From an uncultured Planctomycetaceae bacterium (GTDB lineage Bacteria > Planctomycetota > Planctomycetia > Planctomycetales > Planctomycetaceae): 64,000 nucleotides of DNA. The notes below the pieces were generated by a model, which worked only from the letters and a program-made list of their open reading frames with translations, was not told the DNA's origin and did not search any database. Position 1 is the stretch's first letter. Each line of letters starts with the position of its first letter. Shown piece by piece: positions 1-10,826 of this stretch. The translations under genes and the position numbers were made by a program. The stretch lies in contig CAWFAK010000003.1 of the NCBI GenBank assembly GCA_963813715.1, positions 26,191 through 90,190 on the forward strand, written 5' to 3'.

Positions 1-314
1 AAGAGCATGCAAAACCCCGCCAACGGGGCCGCCAGGGACGTGTTGCTCCAGCCCACGCCAAAGTGCAGGGCGAAATAAGCGACCATGACGGCGATGACCG
101 TCGCGCCGTAATTGATGTAGGTCGATCCGAGAAAATATCCGGGAGCGCGCTCGTAATGCAGGCGGCAGTGCGGGCACGCCTCGTGCATGCGAAACCAGCC
201 GGCAAACAGGCGGCGTTGTCCGCAGCGGGGGCAGCGCAGGCGGAGAGCCCGGCCGAGGATTTCCCCCAGCGTTGCCCGCGGAACCGTCGATTCGGTGGGG
301 GGGTTCGTGGTCAT
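1..314 (-). CDS. DUF983-like zinc-ribbon membrane protein (partial, runs off the left edge)
   Basis: Manual translation from ATG at 314: MTTNPP...LRCPRCGQRRLFAGWFRMHEACPHCRLHYERAPGYFLGSTYINY, i.e. two CxxC motifs followed by TM segments. Confidence 0.7.
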   Translation of the reverse strand, partial: MTTNPPTESTVPRATLGEILGRALRLRCPRCGQRRLFAGWFRMHEACPHCRLHYERAPGYFLGSTYINYGATVIAVMVAYFALHFGVGWSNTSLAAPLAGFCML

Positions 315-454
315 GAGGTTCGGAGGGCAATCTTAATCAGTCCGCCGCTCAGTGCGCACCGATATTGCCGATTTAACCCCGACTCCCACGAAAACGTATC
401 GGCTGAATTCGCCGAGGCCCGCGTTTTATAGGCGAAGTGTTTCCGGGCTCGGCG

Positions 455-3381
455 TCATGACTTCGGCGGTTCGCTGGGGAGCGTTCGCGGTTCGGGCCGA
501 TGTGCCCGCCGGGTCGGCGGCGTGCGGTCCGCGGTGGTGCGTTTGCCCGCGGTCTCCCAATTCTCGCCGACTTTCCAGCGCAGGTTCAAGATTCGCGAGC
601 CGCCGATTTGCTGCGCCCGCAATTGCAGCTCCTGCCCGCGGAGCGATTCGGCGTCGGGTAGCGTGTAGACCTGCGTGTCGCGGCCGCTGCCCAGCTTCGT
701 GACGATTCGCTGCATCCGCTTGCGGTTTGGGATGTAAAGATTGCACTCGAAGTTGAGCCGCTCTTCCGGCTTCGTATTGTTGACGATCAGTTGTTTGATC
801 TGCAGGTCGCCGTTCTCCAGCTTTGAATCGACGACGGAAAAGACGACATCCCCCAGGCCCACTTCGTATTCTCGATAGACGCGAAACGCATAAGGCGACA
901 TCGCGAAATCGAGCACGATCCGCTGACTGCCCAGGCTCGTGTTGGAGGGAAGTTCGAGCGTGATCGGAATGTCGTATTTTTCGCCGGCCGCCAGCGAGAA
1001 CCGCGCCTCGGGCGGTTCAACCTTCCAGTCCTTGGGCACCATAATCCGCACTTGCCCGTTGACGCCCTGGTGAAACGTGTTGATGCCGTGAATGATTTCG
1101 CGCTGCTTGCCGGTTTTGCTGGGGAGCCGCCCTTTCTCGAACGAGACGGCCGCCATCCACCGCGCGATCTGTTCCGGAAAGTGACGAATGACGAGCGGAC
1201 TGGGTCCGACGCGCAACTTCTGCCGCGACCCGTTGGCATTTGTGGTGAGATGAATCCGTCGGCCGAGCACGTCGGTGACGATTGACTCTTCGCTCAGATA
1301 CAGGTCTTCGTCCACCGGCTCGTGGTTCCAAACAACAATCGCCACGTCCCCTCTGCGGGAGAAGGCAAAGTTGCGGCTCCCTTCGGGGAGATTGAACGAG
1401 CCGATGAATTCGGCCCCCTGCAGGGCCATGGCCGTTGTCCGCCAGGGAAGGAACAGGGGAGACGGTGAGCCGCCGGGAGCCAATAGTCCGCAATCTTCGT
1501 CGAAGACGTCGTCGATGAAGATCTTTTCCGCGCCGCCGATCTTGGCTTCGACCATTTTTTTGACCAGATCGCTGCCCCGCTCGTCGGCCGTGAATCCCGA
1601 TTTGGGCAACGGTTTGACGAGCACCCAGCGCTCGGGCGAGCCGGCGGCAGCCAGCGCTTTCAACTTCGACCCCAGCTCGTTCTCCTTGAGCTGCTGCCGC
1701 GTGCCGATCGAAAGGAAGATCCCGCGGACGTCGCCACGGCGGGGCGGGGGCGTCTCCCAATTCCAGTGGACGCCGATTCGCGTGTCGCGGCCGATGCGGT
1801 CGAATTCGTTCTTGACCCGCGCGATGGTCTGCGACGAGGTTCTGCGCGGACATGCCGACAAAACTTTCGTCGCCTTCTTCGCCCAGCTGCCAATAGCGAA
1901 CGTGCGAGGAGTAGCGGGCGATCACCTTTTCGATCGACTCGCGCCAAAACTCGGTCCGCATGGTGAAGAGCTCGCTGATGCCCGTCCAGTCGCGGGCAAA
2001 CTGGCTACGGAGCTCGGCGGGCGGCTCGTTGAGCAAGCCGACCGCCGTGATGTGTTTGAGGGACAGCTCCTCGAAGAACGCCGAAATCTGGGCCGGCGTG
2101 GGTGTCGCACCGGGGCTCGTTCCGATGGTGCCTGTCGTCGAGCTTCCGTCCGACACCGAGTTCCACAGCGGATACTTGAGCCAGTTGATGCCCGCTTGCG
2201 ACGCCAGTTCGGCCAGCTCCTTGAGCGCGGGCATGTCGCTGGCGCGCCGGATCGTCCAGCCGAACTCCCCTTGGTCGACCATGTCGGAAAGGGTGTCCAT
2301 CACGGCAAACGAAGTTCGCTTGGTGAGGATCGGCCGTGCCGTCCTGGCTGAGCACGGCCTCGACGGCATAGAAGCCGTGCGGCTGAGCACCGAGCGTCCA
2401 GTCGATGGGTTTTTCCTTCTTCGTGCGCAGATCGACTGCCGCGACAGTCTGGGGCGGTGCTGGCTGCCCCGAACGAGGCGGCTCCGGCTGCGCGGGGCGG
2501 CGCGAGAGATCGAACGCCGTGGCCGCGACCTGCTTTCGTTCGGCATCGGTGACCGCAATGTCCAAGCGGTACGCCCGCCGCGGGTCGAGCCCGTCGACGT
2601 GCGAGCTGATCACAACGGGCGAATCGTGCTCGCGAAAATGCGATTGAAAGTTGCTGTCGAGCGAGAACAGCGGCAGCTCGCCCATCCACAAATCGTCGAA
2701 CCAGGCAGCGCCGCGAATGTCGGAACGGTTCCGCGGGACGAGATGGCAGCCGACGGCGACAAAGTGGACGTCGTCGTGCGGCACGATTGGTCCGATCGTC
2801 ACCAGGCACCAGTCTTTATAGGTGCCCGTCACGGGTTTCGTGAGGTACCGCTGCACGCGCTGTCGCTTGTGGTTCAACAGCGAAATCGAGACCAGAGCCG
2901 CGTCGTTGTCGAGCATCTGCGTGCGGACGTAGCCGCGAAAAACGTACGAGTGATAGGGATCGACGACGATCGGCTTGGAGTACATCGTGATCCGGCCGCC
3001 GTTGGCCTTGAAGCACAGGCTGGATCCCTTGGCGCCGTGTCCCCGTTCGCGGTCGATCGCGCCCTCGATGTAGCGCGGAAAGTCCGGCCCTTTGCGGCGG
3101 ATCCAACCGTCCGGATGCCGATCGAAATCGCGATCCTCTTCCTCTTCAAAGCCGAAGTGAAAAACTTCGACGGCTCCCTCGAACGGATCGCCGCTGGCGG
3201 CGCCCGTCAGGGCCGGTTTCGTGACGGCCGGCGCGGTGGCGGCCGGCGCGTCTGTCGCAGGGTCAGACGGAGCCGGGTCAGTTGGAGCTTCAACGCTCGT
3301 GCTCGGCGCCGGTTCATCCTGCGCGATCTCCGGATTGGCGCCGACTAACAGCAGGCACGCGGCCAGGAATAACGTAAACAT
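455..3381 (-). CDS. Large secreted planctomycete protein (CBM-like N-terminus, glycoside-hydrolase-like TIM region, NEW3/Ig-like C-terminus); frameshifted
   Basis: Signal peptide MFTLFLAACLLLVGA. Coding sense continues across ORFs 2005..3417, 1017..2558 and 455..1861 (WFDDLWMG; YWQLGEEGDESF; NTFHQGVNGQVRIMVPKDWKVEP). Confidence 0.6.
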
Positions 3382-3617
3382 GGGGTGCGTTTGGGAAAGG
3401 ATGCCGATCGTAACCATCGCTCAAGATCGGCCGAATTGCGCGGCCGTCTCGATGCAAGATCCGGTGAGGCCGATTGGCGCGGGTTTACCGGTTATAATGC
3501 TGCGAGCGCGATGGCGAAGGCGGGAGCGCTTGGCGTCCGGCTCCGGGCCGGAATCACAAACAAAAAGCCATAACCAGCGGGCCGCTCGCCTGGATCGCAA
3601 AGCAGAATGTCGTCTCG

Positions 3618-4403
3618 ATGAGGCCGCTTCCAATCGCAATTGCCACGCGTTGCCTGGGCCAGCCGCTCAAGCCTGCGCTCGTTCTGGCCGCCCAGTTGGG
3701 CGCCGCGGGCGTCCAACTCGACTGCCGCAATGAATTGAAGCCCGACGAGCTGTCGGCCACCGGACGCCGCGAACTCCTGCATCGAGTCGAGGAGATGCGG
3801 CTGTCGATCGCCTCGCTCGACTTTCCGCTGAAGCGCGGGCTGCTCGATCCCGATCGCCTCGACGCGCGCGTTGCGGCCCTCAAGCAGGCGATGGACTTTG
3901 CTTCGTTGCTTCGCTGTCGCGTGCTGACGGTGCGGCTGGGCGGGTTGCCTTCCAAGAGCGAGGACCGACCGGAATTCGCGTTGGCGGTGCTTAACGATCT
4001 GGCCGGGCACGGCAATCATGTCGGCGTGACACTCGCACTTGGACCCGGTGGAGAGCCTGCCGACACGCTGCTCGAGCTCTTGGGAGGAGTCTCGGCAGGT
4101 CCGTTGGGAATTAACTTCGATCCGGTCTCCCAGGTTTCGGCCGGCCGTTCGCCAACCGAGGCTTTGGCCGAGTGGGGGACACTTCTCACGCATCTGATGG
4201 TCCGTGACGCGACGCGAGCCGGTGACGGCATGGCGACGGAGGTGCCGGTCGGCCGTGGCGAAGTGGCGTGGCAGGAACTGCTGGCGGTCGCTTACGAACT
4301 CGACTATCGCGGCTGGTTCTGCGTCGATCGCACGCTGGGTGACGACCGGGCCGGAGACGCGGCACGCGCGATCGAATATCTCCACGCCGTGCACCTCGGC
4401 TAG
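3618..4403 (+). CDS. Sugar phosphate isomerase/epimerase (xylose isomerase-like TIM barrel)
   Basis: GINFDP, HLMVRDA, EVPVGRGEVAW...LDYRGW motifs. Confidence 0.8.
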   Translation: MRPLPIAIATRCLGQPLKPALVLAAQLGAAGVQLDCRNELKPDELSATGRRELLHRVEEMRLSIASLDFPLKRGLLDPDRLDARVAALKQAMDFASLLRCRVLTVRLGGLPSKSEDRPEFALAVLNDLAGHGNHVGVTLALGPGGEPADTLLELLGGVSAGPLGINFDPVSQVSAGRSPTEALAEWGTLLTHLMVRDATRAGDGMATEVPVGRGEVAWQELLAVAYELDYRGWFCVDRTLGDDRAGDAARAIEYLHAVHLG

Positions 4404-4426
4404 CGATCTAGCGGCAAGGAAGAAAC

Positions 4427-5630
4427 GTGGCCGAGCAGGAAGTGCTCTCGATCACCGAGCTTTCGCGGCGTCTCAAGGCGCTCGTCGAACTGAGTTTCCC
4501 CTATGTGTGCGTCGAGGGGGAGATTTCCAATTTTTCCCGCGCGTCCTCGGGTCACGCCTACTTCACGCTGAAGGACGAGAACGCCCAGATTCGTGCCGTG
4601 CTCTGGCGCAGTGCCGCCCAGCGCGTGCGATTCGACCTGCACGACGGTTTGCACGTCGTGGCCGTGGGCCCGGTCGAGGTCTACGTTGCCCGCGGAAGCT
4701 ATCAACTGGTCGTCGAGCGGCTGGTGCCGCAGGGGATCGGCCCGCTCGAGCTGGCGTTTCGGCAGCGCTACGAAAAACTGGCTGCGCAAGGGCTGTTTGC
4801 CCAGGAGCGCAAACGGGCCTTGCCGCGGTTTCCCCGGCGGATCGCGCTGGTGACCAGCCCGACGGGGGCCGCCGTCCGCGATTTGTTGCAGGTGATCACA
4901 CGTCGCTGGCCAGCTTGCGATCTCGTTATCGTTCCCGTGCCGGTGCAGGGAGAGCAGGCGGCGCCTGCGATCGCGGGTGGTCTGCGGGCCGCGGCCGCGC
5001 TGCCGCGAGTTGATGTGATCGTGACAGGCCGCGGCGGCGGGAGCTTGGAAGATCTGTGGGCCTTCAACGAGGAGATAGTGGCCCGCGCGATTTTCAACTC
5101 GCCGATTCCGGTGGTGAGCGCCGTCGGTCACGAGATCGACGTCACGATCGCGGATCTGGTTGCCGATCGGCGGGCGCTCACGCCCAGCGAGGCGGGCGAA
5201 CTCGTCGTACCGCAGCGGGCCGACGTTCTCTCCGACTTGGCGCACTTGGGCGTGAGGATGCAGAGCGCCGTAGCGGAGGTGGTACGCCGCCGTCGACAGG
5301 CTCTCGACGCAATGGCCGGGCGCCGCGCACTGAACCGTCCGTTCGACTTGGTGCGCGATCGCCAGCAGCGGCTCGATGAGCTGTCGCAACGCCTGGACCG
5401 GGGCATCCGCCGTCGGTTCGAACGGGCGGGGCACGAGCTCCGCGCACTCGAGTGCGCACCTCGACGCGTTGAGCCCGCTCAAAGTTCTGGGCCGCGGCTA
5501 TTCGCTCACTCGCCACGAAGCGACCGGCGATCTCATCCGCCGCGCGGGCGACGTGCAGGTCGGCGAGCGGATCGGCACGGTCCTGGGCGAAGGCCGGCTC
5601 ACCAGCGTCGTCGAAAGAGTGGAAGGCTGA
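4427..5630 (+). CDS. xseA: Exodeoxyribonuclease VII large subunit (indel near 5450)
   Basis: VEGEISNF..SSGHAYFTLKD, GRGGGSLEDLWAFNEE, SAVGHEID. The C-terminal LSPLKVLGRGYS lies in a shifted frame. Confidence 0.95.
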
Positions 5631-5703
5631 CGCGGCGGCGGATAAAAGGAAACTAGGAGTGATGTTTCTCGTCTGCCCGTTTTGAAAATGGATTGCGCTC
5701 GTC

Positions 5704-6126
5704 ATGCCCGATTCGACCTTCGGCGGCTGTCAGCCCGGTGAACAGAGCTTCGAGGCCTGCCTGGCCGAGTTGCAGAACATGGTCCGCCTGCTCGAAGACG
5801 GAACGCTGGGGTTGGCCGAGTCGATCGCCGGCTTCGAGCGGGGAATCGCCCTGTTGCGGCACTGCTATCGAACGCTGGAACAAGCCGAGCAAAAGATCGA
5901 GATCCTGTCGGGCTTCGACCAGGCGGGCAACGCGGTGACGGCCCCCTTCGATGCCGCGGCGACGCTGGAGTCGGGGCAGGGGACTGCCGGGCGTCGCAGG
6001 AAAAAACCGGCCGCGCCGACGCCGGAACCGGTTTCTTCGGGCGGCAGAACGCCCCGTGCCGAGTCGGAGCCCGAACCCGAACCGGGGTCTGACCTGTCTC
6101 TTCCTGACGAAGGACAGCTTTTCTAA
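5704..6126 (+). CDS. xseB: Exodeoxyribonuclease VII small subunit
   Basis: SFEACLAELQNMVRLLEDGTLGLAESIAGFERG...LEQAEQKI; directly downstream of xseA. Confidence 0.92.
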   Translation: MPDSTFGGCQPGEQSFEACLAELQNMVRLLEDGTLGLAESIAGFERGIALLRHCYRTLEQAEQKIEILSGFDQAGNAVTAPFDAAATLESGQGTAGRRRKKPAAPTPEPVSSGGRTPRAESEPEPEPGSDLSLPDEGQLF

Positions 6127-6264
6127 GATGACACGCGCGAAGCGGCCGATCTAAAGAGGGCGTTTCCGGCGCGGGTCGTCGCGAGCCGATCTTACGAAGA
6201 TTTCCCGCCGACGCGGCACTCTGGCCGGCCCGTCGCTTCCGTTCTGCGAAAACGACTCGGTTCC

Positions 6265-7416
6265 ATGCAAACATCCTCGCGCCCGTCGGCTCGGCTGCCG
6301 CCTCTTCCGATCGCAGCCTCTTTCGTCCGGACATCGATCGCATCGAGGGCTACACCCCGGGCGAACAGCCGCAGGAGGCGGGCTGGATCAAGCTCAACAC
6401 GAACGAGAATCCCTATCCGCCGTCACCTGCCGTGCGCGCGGCCGTGGTCGCTGCGGCCGAAGGGCGTCTCAATATTTATCCGGACCCGTTGGCCACGGCG
6501 TTTCGCAAGAAGGCCGCCACTCTGTTCGATGTGGACCCGGAGTGGGTGCTGCCGGGAAACGGCAGCGACGAATGTCTCACCCTGATTACCCGCGCATTTG
6601 TCGACGCCGGTGAGCTCGTCACGTTTCCCTATCCGAGCTATGTCCTCTACGAAACGCTGGCCGACTTGCAGGGGGGGCGGCACGATCGGTTGGTGCTCAA
6701 TTCTGATTGGTCGTGGAACTCGGCGCGGACGCGGCCGCTGATCGAACGGAGCAAGCTGACGTTCGTGCCGAATCCGAATTCACCTTCGGGCAACGCGTGG
6801 ACGCGCGACGAGATTCGCCCGCTGATTCCGCCGGCGGGCATGCTCGTGCTCGACGGTGCGTACGCGGATTTCGCCGATCGGCCCGACCGCTGCGACATGT
6901 TGCAGGAGGCGGGCGGATTCGGCCAGCGCGTGATCTTGCTGCGGCACGTTCAGCAAGTCCTATAGCATGGCCGGCGTGCGGTTTGGCTTCGCCCTCGCGC
7001 ATCCCGACGTCATTCGCGGTCTGCGGAAGGTGAAGGATAGCTACAACTGCAACACGCTCTCGCTGGCCGCGGCGGTGGCGGCAATTGACGACCAGGCATG
7101 GATGCGGGCTAACGTGGAACGAATTCGCGCGACGCGTGCTCGACTCACCCAGTCGTTGCGGGCCTCGGGATTGCACGTGGTCGACAGCCAGGCCAATTTT
7201 GTCTGGGCCACGCGACCGACCGGCGGGGCGGGGCCGTCGCACCGGGAGATTTATCAGCAGCTCAAGGATCGCAAAATCCTGATCCGTTATATGCGTTTTC
7301 CGGATGCCGCGGCCGGGGCCGGCACGTCGTCTGAAGTCGACGGATTGCGGATCACGGTTGGGACGGAGCCGGAAATCGACGGCTTGCTTTCGGCCCTAAA
7401 GGACGTGCTCGCATGA
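6265..7416 (+). CDS. hisC: Histidinol-phosphate aminotransferase (indels; start approximate)
   Basis: [47 protein letters not shown] (split by an indel), LRITVGT; overlaps the hisB start. Confidence 0.92.
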
Positions 7417-8006
7417 CGCGCCGCGCCACGATCAAACGCGAAACGGCCGAGACCGACATCGAGCTGGAGCTGGACCTCGACGGTACGGGCAAGACCGAGA
7501 TCGAAACGGGCGTCGGCTTCTTCGATCACATGCTGACGCTGTTGGGCCGACATTCGCTGATCGATCTGTCGATCAAAGCCCGTGGCGACTTGCACGTCGA
7601 TCAGCATCACACGGTCGAGGACACAGGCATTTGCCTCGGCAAAGCGCTGGCGGAGGCGCTGGGCGACAAGCGGGGCATTGCGCGGTATGGCAGCGTGACT
7701 CTGCCGATGGAGGAAACGCTCGTGACGGCGGCCCTCGATCTCAGCGGCCGTGCCTGGTTCGTGAATCACGTCGTCATTCCGACGAGCACGATCGGCGAGT
7801 TCGATTCGGAGCTGGTCGACGTCTTTTGGCAGGCCGTTTCCGCCAATGCGCTCATGAATTTACACTTCGTGTTGCATCACGGCGCTAACAGTCACCACAT
7901 CGCCGAGGCTGTGTTCAAGGGCGCGGCCCGCGCGCTGCGGCAAGCGGTCGCCATCGATCCGCGGCAAAAAGATGTGCCGTCGTCGAAAGGCACGCTGACC
8001 AATTGA
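7413..8006 (+). CDS. hisB: Imidazoleglycerol-phosphate dehydratase
   Basis: [31 protein letters not shown] motifs. Confidence 0.97.
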   Translation: MTRRATIKRETAETDIELELDLDGTGKTEIETGVGFFDHMLTLLGRHSLIDLSIKARGDLHVDQHHTVEDTGICLGKALAEALGDKRGIARYGSVTLPMEETLVTAALDLSGRAWFVNHVVIPTSTIGEFDSELVDVFWQAVSANALMNLHFVLHHGANSHHIAEAVFKGAARALRQAVAIDPRQKDVPSSKGTLTN

Positions 8007-8063
8007 GATGCGCTCCGCACTCTGCGCAAGTCGCATCCTCGAAATTTTTTGACGACCAATCGG

Positions 8064-8091
8064 TTGACAAGAATTTCTTTGCGTGTAGTTT
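8064..8091 (+). promoter_or_regulatory. Sigma70-type promoter candidate
   Basis: TTGACA-N16-TAGTTT in an AT-rich patch just after hisB. Confidence 0.45.
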
Positions 8092-8973
8092 AGGCTTCTT
8101 CATTCGACGGCGAGTGTCGGCACGCGACGGACGAAACGAGAAGCGGCTCGCGAAACGAGAAGAGCACCCAAACTCTCGCGCGAGACGGTGGTCATCACCG
8201 GATCATCGCCTGGGCGAGCAACATCTCTGAAAACGTCACTCAGTTCTTTGAGCGCGGCGGACACGTTGAACGATCTTGCGGGCCGGCCGAAATTTGACTT
8301 GTGGATCCAGAGCGGCATTTCGCGTTTTGATTGGTTGAAAGCTCGACGCGTCGCCAGTGGTGCGCAGTTCCGTTTGCACGCTGGCCGGTCAATTTGCAAT
8401 CCAACGCAATTTTCCATCGAACCGTCGCGACTTTGGATTTCGATTTCTCGGCAGACCGTTTCTTAAGAGCTTCTCAAAGAGAGTAGCGGGGGCATCCGGG
8501 CAATCCCGGCTTTTGCCAATACGGACGGCACCAGCGGTTGTTTTGACAGTCCATCTGCGACCAGTCATCGCGATGGGCTGCCTAAGGACCGGTGGCTCAG
8601 TATCGGATTCAGAGGAGCGCGGGCCTCGCGTACAGAGAAATCGCAAGCCCGGTTGTTCCCCGCTCTCTTTTCTTGATTCGCGTCGGCTGAGACGCCGGGC
8701 AATGCCCGACACACTCAGTACGCGACCCGCGGTGCCTGACTCGGTTGTGTCCGCGCCTCCCGCAATGCCGCTGACAGCCCGTTCCCGCCAGACTGTCCGA
8801 ACTTGCGAATCTCGCCTGAACCGCGCGTTTTGGCAGCCCCGCTTGTTGTGCTGCTTGGCGATGCTCCCAGCTCCGCCTGGAAATATGCTCTCACCCCAAT
8901 GGTCTCAGCAGTCGACGCAAAGCGCCTGCCTTAACAGCCGTCTGGGCGAGTCGCGGCGACTTTTCTAAAAAAC

Positions 8974-9002
8974 TAAAGTTTGCCGGAGTCGTCGGCCGAT
9001 GG
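8974..9002 (+). promoter_or_regulatory. Sigma28 (FliA)-type promoter candidate for the flgF operon
   Basis: TAAAGTTT...GCCGAT (TAAAG-N16-GCCGAT), 44 bp upstream of flgF and followed by an RBS-like AGGGGG. Confidence 0.6.
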
Positions 9003-9044
9003 CCTTCCATTACAGGGGGGCGTCTTGGCTTAAACGAGTCATAG

Positions 9045-9815
9045 ATGCTCTACGGACTTTACCTGTCCGCCCAGGGAGCCCAGGCCCAATCCACCCGCCT
9101 CGACGTCCTGTCGAACAATCTCGCCAATTCCCAAACCTCTGGCTTTAAGCGGGACCTGGCCGTCTTCCAGAGTCACCGCCCGTATGACGTCGAAAATGGC
9201 GGCGTCTCCGACGCTCCCGGCAATCAGGGGGCGTTTTCGGGCGGTGTCGGCACGGCCAAGATCATCACCGACTACAGCAGCGGCCCGCTCGTTCACACCA
9301 ACGGCGAGCTCGACGTCGCATTGAACGGCCCGGGCTACTTCCAGGTCAGCGACGGCAACCAGCAGTACCTCACCCGCAAGGGGGCGTTCACCCTCAACTC
9401 CACGGGTGACCTGATGCTGCAGGGCACAAACATGCACGTCCTGTCGAGTTCCGGCGGCGTGATCAATGTGCCGAGCGACGCGACCCAGATCGAAATTTTG
9501 GCGGACGGCTCCATATCAGCCGCCAACGCCAGCGGTGCTCAAGTCCAGGTCGCCCGCTTGGGACTGTTCAAGCCCGGCTCTGATCAGCAGTTGCAAAAAG
9601 TCGGCAGCAGCCTGTTCCGCGCGAACGACGCCGTTTCACCGGCCGGTAACGACTCGACGGTCCAACAGGGATTTATCGAACAGTCGAGCGTCAACCCGGT
9701 CAACGAAATGATCGAGATGGTGCAGGCCTCACGAATGGTGGAAGCCAACGTCAACATGATCAAGTACCAGGACGACGCGCTCGACCGTCTCCTCCAGTCT
9801 GCCGCTCCGCACTAA
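9045..9815 (+). CDS. flgF: Flagellar basal-body rod protein FlgF
   Basis: SNNLANSQTSGFK, LDVALNGPGYF, YLTRKGAF, QGFIEQSSVNPVNEM. Confidence 0.88.
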   Translation: MLYGLYLSAQGAQAQSTRLDVLSNNLANSQTSGFKRDLAVFQSHRPYDVENGGVSDAPGNQGAFSGGVGTAKIITDYSSGPLVHTNGELDVALNGPGYFQVSDGNQQYLTRKGAFTLNSTGDLMLQGTNMHVLSSSGGVINVPSDATQIEILADGSISAANASGAQVQVARLGLFKPGSDQQLQKVGSSLFRANDAVSPAGNDSTVQQGFIEQSSVNPVNEMIEMVQASRMVEANVNMIKYQDDALDRLLQSAAPH

Positions 9816-9860
9816 ACCCCACCCGATTTCGACACCCTCGATGCTCGCAGAAGGATCACG

Positions 9861-10667
9861 ATGACCATTCAAGCGCTCTACACCGCCGCGACGGGGATGT
9901 CTGCCACGCAGACCAATCTCGACGTCATCGCCAACAACCTGGCCAATGCCAGCACGACGGGATTCAAAGAGTCGCGACTGAACTTCGCCGACTTGTGCTA
10001 TCAGAACTACCAGCTGCCCGGCTCGCTCGACAGCAACGGTCAGCCGATTCCGATCGGCATGCAGGTCGGCACGGGCGTGCGTACCAACGGCACCGAAATC
10101 GATCAGACCCAGGGGAGCTTTATCCAGACCAACGGCAGCCTGGATATGGCCATTTCCGGGCTGGGCTTCTTTCAGATTCAGGATCCGCAATCCGGCCAAT
10201 TGCTTTATACGCGGGCCGGCAACTTCACGATCAACGCCAACGGCCAGGTGGTGCTGGGCTCGCCCGACATCGGCCGCTTCCTGCAGCCGACGCTGACCAT
10301 TCCGCCCGGCGCGACGAACATCACGATCTCGAGCGACGGCGTGGTCTCGATCGTCGAACCGCCGGCGACGACCTCGACGAATATCGGGAATATTCAGCTC
10401 GCCAACTTCATCAATCCGCAAGGTCTGATTGAGATCGGTCAGACGCTGTTTCAGGCCAGCGACGCGTCGGGCTCTCCACAGATCGGCGCCCCGGGCGTCG
10501 AGGGCCGCGGGCTGTTGCAGCAGGGCTACCTGGAATCGTCCAACACCGATCCGGTCAACTCCCTGGTCGATTTGATCAAGACGCAACGTGCCTTCGAGCT
10601 CAACAGCAACGTGGTGCAGGCCGGCGACCAGATCTTGCAGCTGCTGACGAGCTTGCGACGGTTCTAA
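9861..10667 (+). CDS. flgG: Flagellar distal rod protein FlgG
   Basis: ALYTAATGMSATQ..LDVIANNLANASTTGFK, YTRAGNF, QGYLESSN, QRAFELNS. Confidence 0.95.
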   Translation: MTIQALYTAATGMSATQTNLDVIANNLANASTTGFKESRLNFADLCYQNYQLPGSLDSNGQPIPIGMQVGTGVRTNGTEIDQTQGSFIQTNGSLDMAISGLGFFQIQDPQSGQLLYTRAGNFTINANGQVVLGSPDIGRFLQPTLTIPPGATNITISSDGVVSIVEPPATTSTNIGNIQLANFINPQGLIEIGQTLFQASDASGSPQIGAPGVEGRGLLQQGYLESSNTDPVNSLVDLIKTQRAFELNSNVVQAGDQILQLLTSLRRF

Positions 10668-10826
10668 ACATGAGCACAATCTCGAGCGATTCGCGAAACC
10701 AGGCCGCCGGCCCCAGCGGGCGATTGTGGCGGCGCTGGCTGCAGTGGGCGGCGCAGCTTTGGGATTACCTAAAACGATCGTCGATGGACGTCCGTTATTT
10801 TCCCTCGTGAGCAGATCGATCCTCCG

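Noticed and set aside
8880..8950. c-di-GMP-I riboswitch before flgF (GACGCAAAGC present)
   Set aside because: The upstream GGCAAA/GNRA P2 hairpin and the P1 pairing are missing.
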